A stretch of 64,000 nucleotides of DNA, taken from assembly GCA_034780895.1 (NCBI GenBank), contig JAUZTB010000135.1, positions 49,271,255-49,335,254 on the forward strand, written 5' to 3'. Below are positions 1 through 13,760 of the stretch, piece by piece. A program made the translations under genes and the position numbers. The DNA is from Rhynchobatus australiae. Its lineage: Eukaryota. A model generated the notes under the pieces. That model did not search any database. It was not told the origin of the DNA and saw only the letters and a list, made by a program, of their open reading frames with translations. How positions within the stretch are numbered: the stretch's first letter is position 1; every line of letters begins with the position of its first letter.

Positions 1-539
1 ATTTGACACTCACCAATTTTTATAGATGGANNNNNNNNNNNNNNNNNNNNNNNNNNNNNNNNNNNNNNNNNNNNNNNNNNNNNNNNNNNNNNNNNNNNNN
101 NNNNNNNNNNNNNNNNNNNNNNNNNNNNNNAAGCCTTTTCATGTCCCCTTCTTGCTCTCCTCAGCCCCTTCTTAAGTTCCCTCCTTGCTACCCTATATTC
201 CTCATGACCCCTATCTGATCCTTGCTGCTTACACCTTATGTATGTTTAAGCCAAATAGACTGCACCTGAGGAATGCCTATACAGACTGCACATTGTAGGG
301 CTGTTGATAATCTTTAAAACCTAGCCTACGTTTTCTTAATGAAGTGAAAAAAGAGAAAATTGATTTTTTTTCTTTACTGACATTGTGTTACATAGAGTGC
401 AAATTACCAAGTTTTACTATTTTTTCTGCTCTTTTAGCACCTGGTTCATAAATTTTTATCTTTACTAATTACTTGTGTTGAGGAGTGTAAAGGAATAGTA
501 ATTTCTGGCTGTAAGTCAAGTGAGGTAGCAGTAACGTCC

Positions 540-1385
540 AGAGAGCAAACTTTCTCTCTACAAACAACCTGTCAAGACCCCTCAAGATCTTACATGTTTC
601 GTTCAAGTCCCCTCTCACTCAATGGAACTCCAGCATACACAAGCCAATTCTGTACAACCATTCTTTTAAGGCAACCAATTGATTCCCAGTAACAGTCTAA
701 TGCACATTTTTCTGATCTGCTTCCAATCTATTAACATCTTTCCTAATACAAGGAGATCAACACGGTACACAGTACACCAGATATGGTTTAAGCAATGCCC
801 TACATAACAGTAGCATAACCTCCCTCCCTGCTTCCATTTTCAATTCCCCTAGCAGTAAACAGTAATATTCTGTTAGCTTTCCTCAGTATTTGCAATACCT
901 GCATACTGACATTGTTGGAATCTTGCACTTGGACAACCAGATTCCTCTGCCACATAATATTCTGCAATCTCTTACCATTTAGATAAATGCTTCTTTATAA
1001 TGATTCTTTCCTGCCAAAATAGACAATTTCACATTATTGTATTTCATATTCCACCGGAATCTTGCCCACTCACTTAATCTATGTATATCTTTTTGTAGCC
1101 TATGTCCTCTTCACAACTGCCTATCTTTGTGTCATCAGTAAATTTAGCAACCATATCTTCAGCGCCTTCATCCAAGTCATTGATAGAAATTGTAAAAAGC
1201 CAAGGCCCCAATGCCAATCTTCATTTCATCTTGTTGAATAGAAATGGACCAATTTATACCTACTGTTTCCTGCTAGCCAGCCAATCTTCTCCATACACTA
1301 ATATGTTACCTCTTCCACCATGAGCTTTTATTTTTTGCAATAACCTTTGATGCAACACGTTCTCAATGCCTTTCAAAAATCCATG
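540..1385 (-). mobile_element. CR1-type LINE RT/3' fragment
   Basis: Minus strand reads (N)DLDEGAEDMVAKFTDDTK around 1125-1180, followed by decayed CR1 C-terminal sequence. Confidence 0.75.
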
Positions 1386-3365
1386 TGCTGATTTCATTGG
1401 ATCAGTGATTTCATTCATCAGTGAATCTATTCACTAATTTCCCCTTTACCCATGTTATTTCTTCAGAGTTCAAGATTGAGGCTATTTTTTTTATCCACAC
1501 TACCAAATCCCTTGATAATTTAAAAGTCACCTTATACCACTCTTGTGAAAAAGAGTCCCTGCTGGTTTGTTCTTAGTTCTGCTATCATCCAAAATCTTTT
1601 GCATCTTGTCCAGTACAATATCTTTTTTTCTATAATTATGGTGTGATTTAACCAAGATTCTACCTATTCAATATAACTTCTCTGCTTTTAACCTCTTCTT
1701 TCAGAATTGAACCTCAGCTTTATTTTTGACTTTTTATGGTTTCATTAAGCTTAATTGCTACTTTTATTGTTTTGTGTCGGTTCCCCCTAACTTAAGTTCA
1801 ATTTTGAAAGGATTACTGACCCCCTTTAAGCTACAAGTGTGCTGTGCCACCCATAATAAACATATTTTAAGAATGATTACTTACATCCAGTTGCGCCATT
1901 TGTGAACGTTAGCCTTGTCAATTGGGAAGCAGTTCACATAATACACTGAAGGTCCTGAACAAGTCTATTCATTCAGCCTGTAATGTTGATCAAAAATCCC
2001 ATTGAAAGATCATTGACCCGGAAATTTGACAACCTCTCTCTCCACAGATGCTGTCTGACCTGAATATTTCCAGCAATTTCTATGTTGTCACAGATAGTTA
2101 ATAATCGTAAAATCAGTGTCTTAAATAAGCATAATTTTCATACAGCTACTCTCAACACAATCATTTTGAGAAACTTCTGTTAAGTTCATGAAGGTATAAT
2201 CTGTAGACTTGTAGAAAAACAAAAAATAACTTATTAGTAAAAAGGCTAAACTTATGTGATCAACAAGCATGAATGATGCCAGCAAACATTTCAAAAAAAA
2301 ATCAACAAATAAGTGCAAAAGACAGAATTTATATGGATCTTTTACTCCAAATTGCATCATTAACATCTCATGGAAGGAATCTGAGTGCACTGAGTTGCTC
2401 AGGCTAAACATGCAGTAAATTCAAGATACTCTTAAGTGCTGCCCCAGATGTAAAAGTTTCTTAGTCACTGCCTACAAGTAACTGTGATATTTACAAAGCC
2501 ATTTAACTCTAAGTCAGAAGTATGTAATTTCCTGAGTGCTTTGTATAATGAAATCATGAATATATTTATAAAATGTTATAAATCTGATATGTCAAACATA
2601 CAAATCTCCTCATGTGGAATTTCTTTCAGGAAGATAACAAAAATACTATTCCATTAAGATTACCTGAAGAAAAAAAAATGTCATTAATTGGCTGCATTGC
2701 CCTGGATCCACCCTACTCACCCACTTAAAAATTGTTCAAATCGACAAAAAATATTTTGGAAAAAAAATGGTAAAAAGATGAAGTTAAAATAATCATAAAG
2801 TTCAAGAAATTAATTAAAAGCTCTAAGATAATCTAATATAAATAACCATGCCTAAAGCTGAAGGCTGGGTGCAAATTACATCAGGTTCCTCTGCTGAACT
2901 GAAATGCAGGGCCCTAAGGCCTCTCCGCACCCCCCCNNNNNNNNNNNNNNNNNNNNNNNNNNNNNNNNNNNNNNNNNNNNNNNNNNNNNNNNNNNNNNNN
3001 NNNNNNNNNNNNNNNNNNNNNNNNNNNNNNNNNNNNNNNNNNNNNNNNNNNNNNNNNNNNNNNNNNNNNNNNNNNNNNNNNNNNNNNNNNNNNNNNNNNN
3101 NNNNNNNNNNNNNNNNNNNNNNNNNNNNNNNNNNNNNNNNNNNNNNNNNNNNNNNNNNNNNNNNNNNNNNNNNNNNNNNNNNNNNNNNNNNNNNNNNNNN
3201 NNNNNNNNNNNNNNNNNNNNNNNNNNNNNNNNNNNNNNNNNNNNNNNNNNNNNNNNNNNNNNNNNNNNNNNNNNNNNNNNNNNNNNNNNNNNNNNNNNNN
3301 NNNNNNNNNNNNNNNNNNNNNNNNNNNNNNNNNNNNNNNNNNNNNNNNNNNNNNNNNNNNNNNNN

Positions 3366-4660
3366 CCCAAGAAGAGCAGGGTGAGCTGCCTCAATGACTA
3401 TTGCCCAGTAGCACTCACATCTATTGTGTTGAAGTGCTTTGAGAGGTTGGTCACGGCTAGAATTAACACCTGCCTCAGCAAGGACCTGGACCCACTGCAA
3501 TTGGCCTACTGCCACAACAGATCTACAGCAGATGCAAGCTCACTGGCTCTCCAGTTGGCTTTGGACAACAGCAAAACGTACATCAGGCTGCTGTTTATCA
3601 ATTACAGCTCAGTGTTCAACAACATCATTCCCTCAGTACTAATCAACAAGCTTCAAAAACTGGGCCTCTCCACCTCCCTCTGCAACTGGATCCTTGACTT
3701 CCTTATCAGGACACCACAGTCAGTGTGGGTCAGTAGTAGCATCTCCTCCTTGCTGACAATCAACACAAGTGCACCTCAAGGATGCGTTCTTAGCCCACTG
3801 CTCTACACTCATGAGTGTGTGACTGGGCGCAGCTCAAACGCCATCTATAAATTCACCGATGACACCACAGTTGTTGGGAATCTCAGATGGCAATAAGGTG
3901 TACAGGAGTGAGATAGATCGACTGGTTGCATGTGTCGCAACCACACCTTGCACTCAACATCAGCAAGACCAAGGAATTGATTGTGGACTTCAGGAAGGGG
4001 AAGTTGGGAGAACACAGACCAGTCCTCACTGAGAGGTCAATGGCAGAAAGGGTGAACAGCTTCAAGTTCCTGGGCGTCAACATCTCAAGAGGATCTGGCT
4101 TAGGCCCAACACATTGATGCAATCATGAAAAAGACAGACCAGTGGCTCTACTTCATTAGGAAGTATGTCACCAAAGACTCTTGCAAATTTCTACAGATGT
4201 AGAGTGGAGAGCATTCTGACTGGTTGCATCACAGCCTGGTATGGAGGTTCATAATTCTCAGCATCGAAAGAGGCTGCAGAGGGTTGTCGACTCAGCCAGC
4301 CCCATCATGCGCACAAGCCTCCCTGCCACTGAAGACATCTTCAAGAGGCAGTGCCTCAAGAAGGCAGGATCCATCATTAAGGACCCTCACCACCCGGGGA
4401 CATGCCCTCTTCACGTTACTACCATCGGGGAGGAGGTACAGGAGCCTGAAGACCCACACTCAATGCTTTAGCAACAGCTTCTTCCCCTCCTCTGTCAGAT
4501 TTCTGAATGTTCCATGAAGATTACCTCATTATTCCTCTTTTGAACCATTTATTTATTTTTGTAACTTTTAGTAATTTTTATGTCTTGCACTGTACCGCTG
4601 CCACAAAACAACAAATTTCACGACATATGTCAGTGATGATAAACCCGAGCCCAATTCTGA
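3366..4660 (+). mobile_element. Rex1/Babar-like LINE, RT domain to 3' end, frameshifted
   Basis: [79 protein letters not shown]. Confidence 0.9.
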
Positions 4661-6310
4661 TACTCTGTCCAATCTACCCAGATGCTGATGCATCTGACCT
4701 CCCACTCTGCTCCTAGACTCAAAGCAGGAGAGTTTGTTCCAAAGACACACTTCCTCCAATGTTTCAATGCACAGGGGTTGAAAGTAGGGATGAGCTAAAG
4801 AGATGACTATGTTTCTCTATGAAACCACCAGCTAGAAGAAAGCATGATCTGACCCATTAATATGGAGCATCTCATTTTAAACAATATCTTTTGGCTCCAC
4901 GGAATAATTCTTCACAGAATTGCAAACCTCCAGAGCAATCCTTCCATACTACTGGAAGTTCAAAACAAATCTCAAAGCTTCAGAGAATTGGAAAAGAACT
5001 TGGCTGAACTGCCATCAACAGGAAGTCACAAAGGGAAAAGTATTCATCGTACAAAGCATTTGCCAAGCTGACTTTTTTTGAATGGAATTTCCTGTGGAAG
5101 GCACAATTGGGAAGATTCTCCTGATACACACTCAATCTTGTCGCCATTCTGCCAAGCTTTATGCTTTCATTTCTTGCCAATCTCATTAAGATACAATAAT
5201 TAGAATGTAAAATTTGGCAGGAGCGAGTGGAAATTGATGTAAGTAACTGAAGTTCAAGGAAATTACTGAAATTACAAAAATATTCCTTGAAGGATGAAAA
5301 TGAAAACTTCAAGTAATCTTATCATTCCTATTTTAACAGTCTGCATTCAGGCTAACTTTTCAGTTTTCAATGTGACTCATACATGAAAATGCATTTTAAA
5401 AAATGAAATTAAGCACAGGTCTCAACAAGAATAAAACAAAGCATTTTGAAGAAATTAATAATGAAGCATCACATAAAATAATATGCTTCCTGCTGTGCCA
5501 AAAATGATAAACCTGTGTAATTGTAGGATATTTGCATGTGTGGATTTGTAGAATGGAACAGAGTTGCAATCACTTTCTCCTTAAGCCGTTCCTTGAGATA
5601 ACTTGCTTCCTCTCCAATTTTGTATGTTCAGAGGTGACTGATAAGAACAACGTGACAGGTGATGCATATTAAAGGTCATGCATAATTTATTGAACAAATT
5701 CAGGGATAGCAAAATTACATGCATGTATGTCTGATTTTTTTTGTACATTGGCTATTTGCTTGATGTCCTGATTATTTATGTCCATGGCTGTATGCACAAG
5801 TTCAATTTCTTTATATTATATGTACATAGTTTATGTTCTGTAAATAGGCCATTTACATTATTATATGCTTTAAAACTTTTATTACTGGTGATTGTTATCT
5901 TTATCTCCTCTGGGGTGTAATTAATTATGACCAGGCATAGCTTGCTCACAGCTGCTTCTGTGTAGAGAAACTCATGTTACAATTGCACAAACATAACATT
6001 TATGAATGAATTGACAAAGCAGAATTACAACATATCACAATCATGAAACTATCACAACTCACATCATTAGGAGCAAGTTTGATTTTATTCCATAATCTAA
6101 CTGCCCAAATGACTACCTTCTATCACAATATTATTTTCCATGAATAAACCAATGACTTAGATTGTGACTTTGCTTCTGAAACATCACTTCTTCAGATTAA
6201 AAGTCAATCAATTCAGGTCAATTAATTAAATATTTTTTAGTAAGAGTCTGGGTCCTATACCATTCATAGTGGTATCTTCCACAAAATACTAAAGATGAGT
6301 AGTGTTGAGT

Positions 6311-6551
6311 TCACAAGATCAGAAGACAAGGGAGCAGAAGGTGGCCATTTGGCCCATCGAGTCTGCTCCATGGAAATGAGAGGGAGAAGTGGCAGGGGGG
6401 TTGCTGAAGAGGGGAAAAAATTTTAACCCCAATTTCCTGCCTTATCCCCATAACCCTTGATACCTTGACTATACATCTGTCTATCTCCTCTTTGAATGCA
6501 CCCAATGATCTGGCCTCCACTACTGTACATGGCAAGGAATTCCATAAACTT
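6311..6551 (-). mobile_element. CR1 LINE 3' end (minus)
   Basis: Minus ORF VVEARSLGAFKEEIDR plus CR1 3' tail; reverse complement of 6860-7076. Confidence 0.8.
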
Positions 6552-6652
6552 NNNNNNNNNNNNNNNNNNNNNNNNNNNNNNNNNNNNNNNNNNNNNNNNN
6601 NNNNNNNNNNNNNNNNNNNNNNNNNNNNNNNNNNNNNNNNNNNNNNNNNNNT

Positions 6653-7076
6653 GATGAGCGTTTGTCGGCTCTTGGACTGTACTCACTGGAGTACAGAAGA
6701 ATGAGAGGGGATCTCATAGAAACATTTAGAATGTTGAAAGGACTGGACAGAGTAGTATTTCCCCTGGTGGGTGAGTCCAGGACTAGAAAGCGCAGTAGAA
6801 TTAGAGGGTATCGGTTTAAAACAGAAATGAGGAGAAATTTCTTTAGCCAGAGGCTAGTGAAATTATGGAATTCTTTGCCACATACAGCTGTGGAGGCCCA
6901 ATCATTGGGGGCATTTAAGGAGGAGATTGATAGGCATCTAATTAGTCAAGGTAGCAAGGGAAATAGGGATAAGGCCAGAAATTGGGGCTAGATAGGAACA
7001 GTATTAGTTTAGCTCATGGAGCAGACTCGATGGGCCGATTGGCCGACTTCTGCTCCTTTGCCTTGTAATCTTGTGA
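6653..7076 (+). mobile_element. CR1 LINE 3' end (plus)
   Basis: LGLYSLEYRRMRGDLIETF...RRNFFSQRLVKLWNSLP, the typical CR1 ORF2 C-terminus. Confidence 0.9.
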
Positions 7077-7910
7077 CCTTGTGCTAGAAGGAGAGTGGGA
7101 TTGCAATGTCTGGCTGAAGGGGGAGCTGCAAGGTGTCAGATCAGGGGTGTCAGAAGCCAGGTCTTGGGTGATGAGTGGTATGGGGAACCAGAGATTGTGG
7201 CTGGGGGCCTGTAGTCTGGGTAGTCAGCATAGGGGTAGAGGTAGGATTCTGTGTAGTGCATTGTTGAGGGCTGAGGGATGAAGAGTGAAGCCTGTGACTC
7301 GGACAATTGTGCTGGGAAGACCAGATTGTTCTCTGAGTGCATTTCTGTGAGCACTCCTGGGACAAAGTAGCCCAAGTTCTACTGCAATGTTCCAAAGTAA
7401 GTGCTATATGGGAATGGCATCATTCTGTAGATACCTGACTCTGAAATTCTGAGAGCAAATGTGACTCATGCCTGGAAGTGCCTGGTCAAATTTGCAGAGT
7501 CACATAAAATAGTCAGTATAACATTTCACTCTGGAAAAAAAATCAATTTTATTTGAATAATACTGAAGTGTGGGAGCTGGTATCAAAAGATAGTCTGTTG
7601 TAATGGTTCACTGAATCACCTGAAACTGAGTTACTTCTTTAAAAAGTCATTATAATATGATATTTAATCTTTCCCTTTTCAGAGGACACTGATTTACTTA
7701 TATGGTTCATTGAGTTGCTTATTCCTGTTTTATACATTTCTGTTCAATTGGTTTGTTGGCAAATTTTCTTTAAGATTTAAGGGTGAGTTCCAGCATTACT
7801 TGACCCTGGATCCTCACTTGTTACAGCTGATGGTTTGGGTGAAGATATAGAGCAAATTCCACTTATCTACCTACTCATGCAGAGTTGCTGCTGAAGGATA
7901 TGAAGTGTTT

Positions 7911-10102
7911 ATCATTATTACCAAGGAAAATCAGTTCCAAAATGACCTTTTCGCTGTTATTTATATCTGCACATTTGTTTTTGTTTTACTCTCTTTTACC
8001 CTCAGGCTTTTTAGGTATGTACCTCTACAGCCTTGGATTGGAACGTGTACACAATCTTTGCTAAATGCCCCAGTATGAAAAATACTTAGCTTTCTACAGA
8101 TATACACAAAAAAAAAATCACTTGTGGTTAAACATGTAGATATAAGAAATGCAACAGTAAACCACATGGCCCGTTGGGCCAACTGCAATATCAAAAAAGA
8201 CCACAGATGATCATCTTTCCTGCAGAATTCCTACAACATAAAAGCATTAGGAGCAGATGTCGGCATGCAGTCTCTCAGGCCTGCTCCCCCCTTTGAATAG
8301 GATCATGGCTGACCTGCTCTTTGACTGCAACTTCATTTTTCTGCCTGATCCCTATGAATTCCTTGTAGTCCGAAATCTACCAGTATTAGCTTTGAATAAA
8401 CTTACTGACTCTGCATGCACATTTCTCTGAGGTAAAGAATTTGAAAGATTAAACAACACTCTGAGAGAGAAAAAAAAACTCACTTCAGTCCTTGGTGATC
8501 AAACCCTTATCCTGAATCTACATTATTGACTCTCCCAAGCAGGAGAAATATCTTCACAACATCTACCTGTCAAGCCTCCTCAGAATGTTATATATTTCAT
8601 TGAGATCATCTCTTATTTAGGCCCTTTGTTCCCTTGTTACACAAAAAAAAATCTACGGGCCTTGAAATAACACAAGAACTGAGCATTTACTGCCCTCTTG
8701 GGTAGATAAATCCAAAGGTTCACTAGACTTTGAAAAACCTGCTCCTATTTCATACCTGAAAATCTTGACTTCAAGCCAAGAAAAACCTTGGGCGTGAGAG
8801 GCAATTTAAATAAAAATATGAAAATCTAAAAAACTGCAGGTGATGGAAATTTGAAACAAAAACATGAAATGCCAGAAAACCTCAGCAAGTCAGGTAGCAT
8901 CTGTGGAAAGAGAATCGTCAATGGAGAGCATTCTGACTGGTTGCATCACAGCCTGGTATGATGAGTCCAAGATCGCATAGACTCAGCCAGCTCCATCACA
9001 GGTACAACCCTCCCCACCACTGAGGACATCTTCAAGAGGCAGTACCTCAAGAAGGCGGCATCCATCACTAAGGACCCTCATCATCCAGAACAATCCCTCT
9101 TCGTGATTCTACCATCAGGGAGGCGGGGGAGAGGGGACGGTGTTTACAGGAGCCTGAAGACCCACACTCAGTGATTCAAGAACAGCTTCTTCCCCTCCAT
9201 CATCAGATTTCTGAACAGTCCATGAACCCATGAACATGACCTCATCATTCCTTTTTTTTGCATATTTAGTTAATTTTCTAAGCTATAGTAATTTTATGTC
9301 CTTGCACTGTACTCTGCTGCAAAACAACAAATTTCACCTCATATTAGTCAGTGATAATAAATCTGATTCTGATTTTGTTTCTGCTGAAGGATTGCAGACC
9401 CAGAATATTAGCTTCTCTTTCTATAGATGCTGCAAGAACCTGTTGGTTTTTTTTCAGGATTTTCTGTTTTGTTAATATAAATTTTTGTTTTGTTAATAAA
9501 AAATCTTGTTTAACTGCTACAAACTGACATGCTACAAAGCTTTACTTACATTTGACATTTGAGAGATAAATAAAATTTAATATACTGTTAGATTAAATAG
9601 ATGGACATCTTAGCACACATTCTGTCCTAACTTCACGATAACAGTTGATTTTGAATGTGTTCTATTTATTGTAGGGCAGCAGCTGATTTTTTTGTCTGAT
9701 CTTTAAAGACCAGACTGAAGATATTGTTGAGGATATTATATACTCTGTAAGCAGTTTGGTATAAGGAGATAGTATTCTTATAAATACTATGATAAGAATT
9801 TTCAATTTTCATCTGTGGTCTTTTTTGATATCATAGTTGGCCAAGGGGCCAAGTGGCTTACTTTTGCTATTTCTTATATCTATATGTTTAACAACAAGTG
9901 AATTTTTTGTGTATCTGTAGAAAGCTAAGCACGTTTCATATTAGGGGCATTTAGCAAAGAGTGCATACATGTTCCAATCCATGCTGTAGAAGTACATACC
10001 TAAAAAACCTGAGGCGCACCACAAGGAGAGTTAAACAAAAGTAGAGATATAAATAATAGTGAAAAGGTCATTTTGGGACTAATTTTCCTTGGTAATAATG
10101 AT
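7911..10102. repeat. Inverted repeat, arms 7911-8210 and 9809-10102
   Basis: Arms are reverse complements throughout, e.g. atcattattaccaaggaaaa / ttttccttggtaataatgat and tatcaaaaaagaccacagatga / tcatctgtggtcttttttgata. Confidence 0.85.
8921..9372 (+). mobile_element. Rex1/Babar-like LINE 3' fragment
   Basis: Clear similarity to 4205-4660 (ggagagcattctgactggttgcatcacagcctggtatg ... caaaacaacaaatttcac). Confidence 0.85.
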
Positions 10103-12599
10103 CATCACAGGATGTGGAGTGAACTTTATAATAAAACATTGAAATTCCAGTTATGAAGATATAGTACAAAGCACCTTGCAATGATCTGCAATATTTTAAC
10201 ATTGTTATATATGTAGTACTGATTTATTTTTGATTACGTGGATTTGATACATTGCTGTGACATTTAGAGTTTGAAATTATGTAGCAATTCTCCTGATCAT
10301 TGGTTACAATAACCCATCTCTCTTAGGTTTTCACAGTGATTGGAGAGAACGTCCAGCTACAGACCAGAGTGATCTGGAAAATCTATCACATTTAATCACA
10401 TGGTAATCTCCCATTGTTGCTAAACAGTGTTTTTCATGGAGTCATGGTGCATCCAGAAAAATGGACTGACACATTATTTGGAAATTCTAGTCTAAATATA
10501 TGAGTTCCTTGGAGTAAACTTGTGCATTCTGATATGAATTCAGAAATAGGCAGCAGCCTGTGAAGGAGAACAACTTGGGGTGGTTTATATCATAAATTAA
10601 ACATTTTATGTGTCATCCTAGTTCATGTCTTTTTTTAAGCTAAGCAAAGATATGGGCGGCTTAGTGTGTTCTAACAGGCATGTGACAAGATTTCTATGGA
10701 ATTTTCCCATAGCAGCTTATTAAAAGGAAAAATTGCTGTACTATGACATTGCCACTGCTGGTTGTTTGGGAAGCCACCCAAAGATTACATTTCAAAGCAA
10801 ACCATTTGTTAAATTAGGATGTGTTTTGGCCCTAGTAAATGTCCACTTAAGAATACAATTATAAGACCACTGATGCCTCAATCAGTGGATATAATTCAGA
10901 AGTGACACCAGATTTCTGCTGGGCATGATATAGTATAGCCAGACTCAACAGGAACATATAAATCAAAAGAAACCAACATTAAAAAGGTCAGGTGGCTGCA
11001 CCTTAAAGGCAGTTTTGTGGTCTTCATACATAAAACTGACTAACCTTCCTATCCCTACATGTTGTGAAGAACCAAGAGGCTTTTAAATTAATTTTTAAAA
11101 CAGGCTGTGGGCTGAAGGAACTGTTGGAGAAACTATTACACAGAGGCACAAACAGTATGGAATGCACACCAACCAAAGGAAATAAAAAGTGCAATCAGGC
11201 CACATATGTGTTCATTTAAATCTAACTGCCTGTGAACTTACTCTCCACAAGACTTACAAATCCACAGAAAATTCATAGTTCCACCAAGTTTGGATTCCAG
11301 AACAAAAAGCCTTTGAAAGTTTACTGCCCAATTCATTGGAGTGAATTCCATTCATCAGCCTCTCAGAATGCTGTTGAACCCAGTTGTTTTTTGTATCAAG
11401 GTACCTACAGGTATACATGATAATGGTCAAACATCAAACAAGATAACATTCGCTTGAGAGAACACTGAACTAATTCACTCACACAGGAATAAGGAGAGGC
11501 AATCTTACAGATTTATAGCAGACAAGACTAAAATGAAGACTGTACAAGCAAAGTTTAGGAGCTGGTCTATATCCATATAATTGTCACAAAATCAAGTATG
11601 ATTGTTGTATTACAAAGCTGTGTTTGAGAACTTGCAATCTAACAGCAGACAGGACTGATCACCCAGGGCTCATTGAAACAGATTCCTGCAAGTGATCTCT
11701 AGGGTAAGTTAGGGTAAGTAGTGTTCAAAATAATCTACAGTTAAAGAGAACAGGACAAGTAATAGTTAAAATTAAAAGGGAATAGCAGATTAGTATTTCT
11801 AAGTACGATAAACTACATAGAGAAATTGAGTGGTACACTTTGTGAGCCTTGACCAGTTTTAACTCAGCCAGGCAGGTCCAGCAATTATCAGAGAGAAGAT
11901 GAGGCTCATGTATCTACAATGGTAACTTTTGCGGAAGAAGACTAACATCAATCATTCAACCATAGAGTTGCCAGTTTGGACTTGCAGGAGACTTGCAAAG
12001 AGCTTATATTGACAGCCTTTTGTCTGTCATGCAAAAATAACATCACCTGCAGTTTGAAATGAACAATCCCTTTAACAGCAGCTACTTTGACAATGACATT
12101 TCTGTAGTAGTAAGCAGAAGGTTTGTTTTGCCACTACCACCACATACATCTTGTAGCAGATAAAAACTTTAAACCTGCCACTCCTCTGTACATCTGATCC
12201 TGCCATATATTGATAACCAGGACACAACCACAGTGCCTATCAATCTTCCAATATGTCTGATTGGAAAAAATGCATATAAATTGAATAAAACTTGTGAATA
12301 TATATTAGAAGAAAACCTTTGTAGCAAAGTTTAGTAAGTCAAGCTTAATACAGTTCTAAAGGCTAGACAGTGAGAGACAAATAAACAGTTCCAGATAGTG
12401 ATCATTGTTACCAATTATATCAGAGATTAACTCCAGAGAACAGTAATAGTGAGAGCCACACCACATGGTGTTGATGGTGAAACATTTAGAAATGTGATCT
12501 TAATGGAAAGAAGTTGTGAAAATATTGTTTCTGCTTTTGTAAAAGAACATGGAAAATATATTACGGGGGATGCTGTGTTTCTGCATAAATAAAAAGTGG

Positions 12600-13330
12600 A
12601 TGAAAATCAAGAAACTGTAGATGCAGGAAATATGAAATAAAAACAAAATGTTGGAAGCATCAGCAAGTCAGGCAGTACCTGTGGAAGGAGTTAATGCCTC
12701 AGGTTGGAGAACTTGCATCAGAACTGAGAAAGAGAGAAAAAATAAAGTTAATTTTAAGTTGCAGAAGTGTTGGGGTTGGGGTGGGACAGACAGATAGGGT
12801 TGCTATAGGGGAAGCTGTAGGTGAAGCCATCAGGCTGACAGATTGATGCAGGAGGTTAGAGAGAGAAAACCTTACATGTAAATTCTATGAGATACAGGTC
12901 AGAACTAGAGGACGTGCCCAGCAGATCATTCACTGTCAGTGGAGAGAGAAAAACTAAAAGTAATTTAGAGATGGATAACTGGTCAGTTCAGATGCAAACA
13001 AAGAAAACAGGTTATCTGAGATTATTAAACTTGATATTGAATCCTGAAAGGTGCAACATGCCTGGACAGAAGATGAAGGGCTGTTCCTTGAACTCACATT
13101 GGACCTTGATGGGAAAGTGCAGGAAGTGACAGATGGATGGGAGTGGGATGGAGAATTGAAGTCACAGGCAACTGAAAGCTTAAGGTCATTACTGTAGACT
13201 GAAATGATATGCACTGCAAATCAATCACTCAATCTGTGTTTAGTTTCTCAAGTGCAGAGGAGACCACATTGGGAGCATCAAATGCAAAACACCAAATCAG
13301 GTGAAGTGCAAATGAACTGCTACTTGATCT
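12600..13330 (-). mobile_element. Decayed Penelope-like element
   Basis: Reverse-complement similarity to the GIY-YIG region and terminal repeat of the element at 49315-50510. Confidence 0.55.
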
Positions 13331-13419
13331 GAAATAAAGTCAGCAAATGTGAAAGAATAGAACATGCAATGTTTCAGGTGTCGATGACTGCATTTCTAGC
13401 ATTTTTCATTCCTAGTTTA

Positions 13420-13760
13420 TTAGAACAACACAGTGGTATGGCTCTCAACAAGCTAATGCTTCAGTGACTTGGGTTCAATTCTGACCTCCAATGCTGTCTG
13501 AGTGAAGTTTACATATTCTCCTTGTGACTGTGTGAGATTCCTCCAAGTGTTCCGGTTTCCTCCCACATTCCAATTAATATGCATAATGATAAGTTAATTG
13601 GTCACTGTAAATTGCTTTTGTGTGTATATGAGTGTTAGAATCTGCAGAGAGTTGATGGGAATGAGGGGTGAGTAAAAATGGGATTATTGTAGCATTAGTT
13701 TAAGTGGATACGTGATGGTTGGCAGAGACTCGATGGGTCAAAGGGCCTGTATCAATGCTG
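13420..13760 (+). mobile_element. tRNA-derived SINE (V-SINE/HE1-like), decayed
   Basis: B-box-like gggttcaattc followed by the core ttctcc..gtgactg...tccggtttcctcccacattcc, shared with copies at 29960, 48640 and 55416. Confidence 0.7.

Noticed and set aside
2823-3515. Long ORFs crossing N runs (also at 6423-6717, 17752-18082, 53360-53922, 63226-63521)
   Set aside because: Their length comes from untranslatable N gaps; they are not genes.
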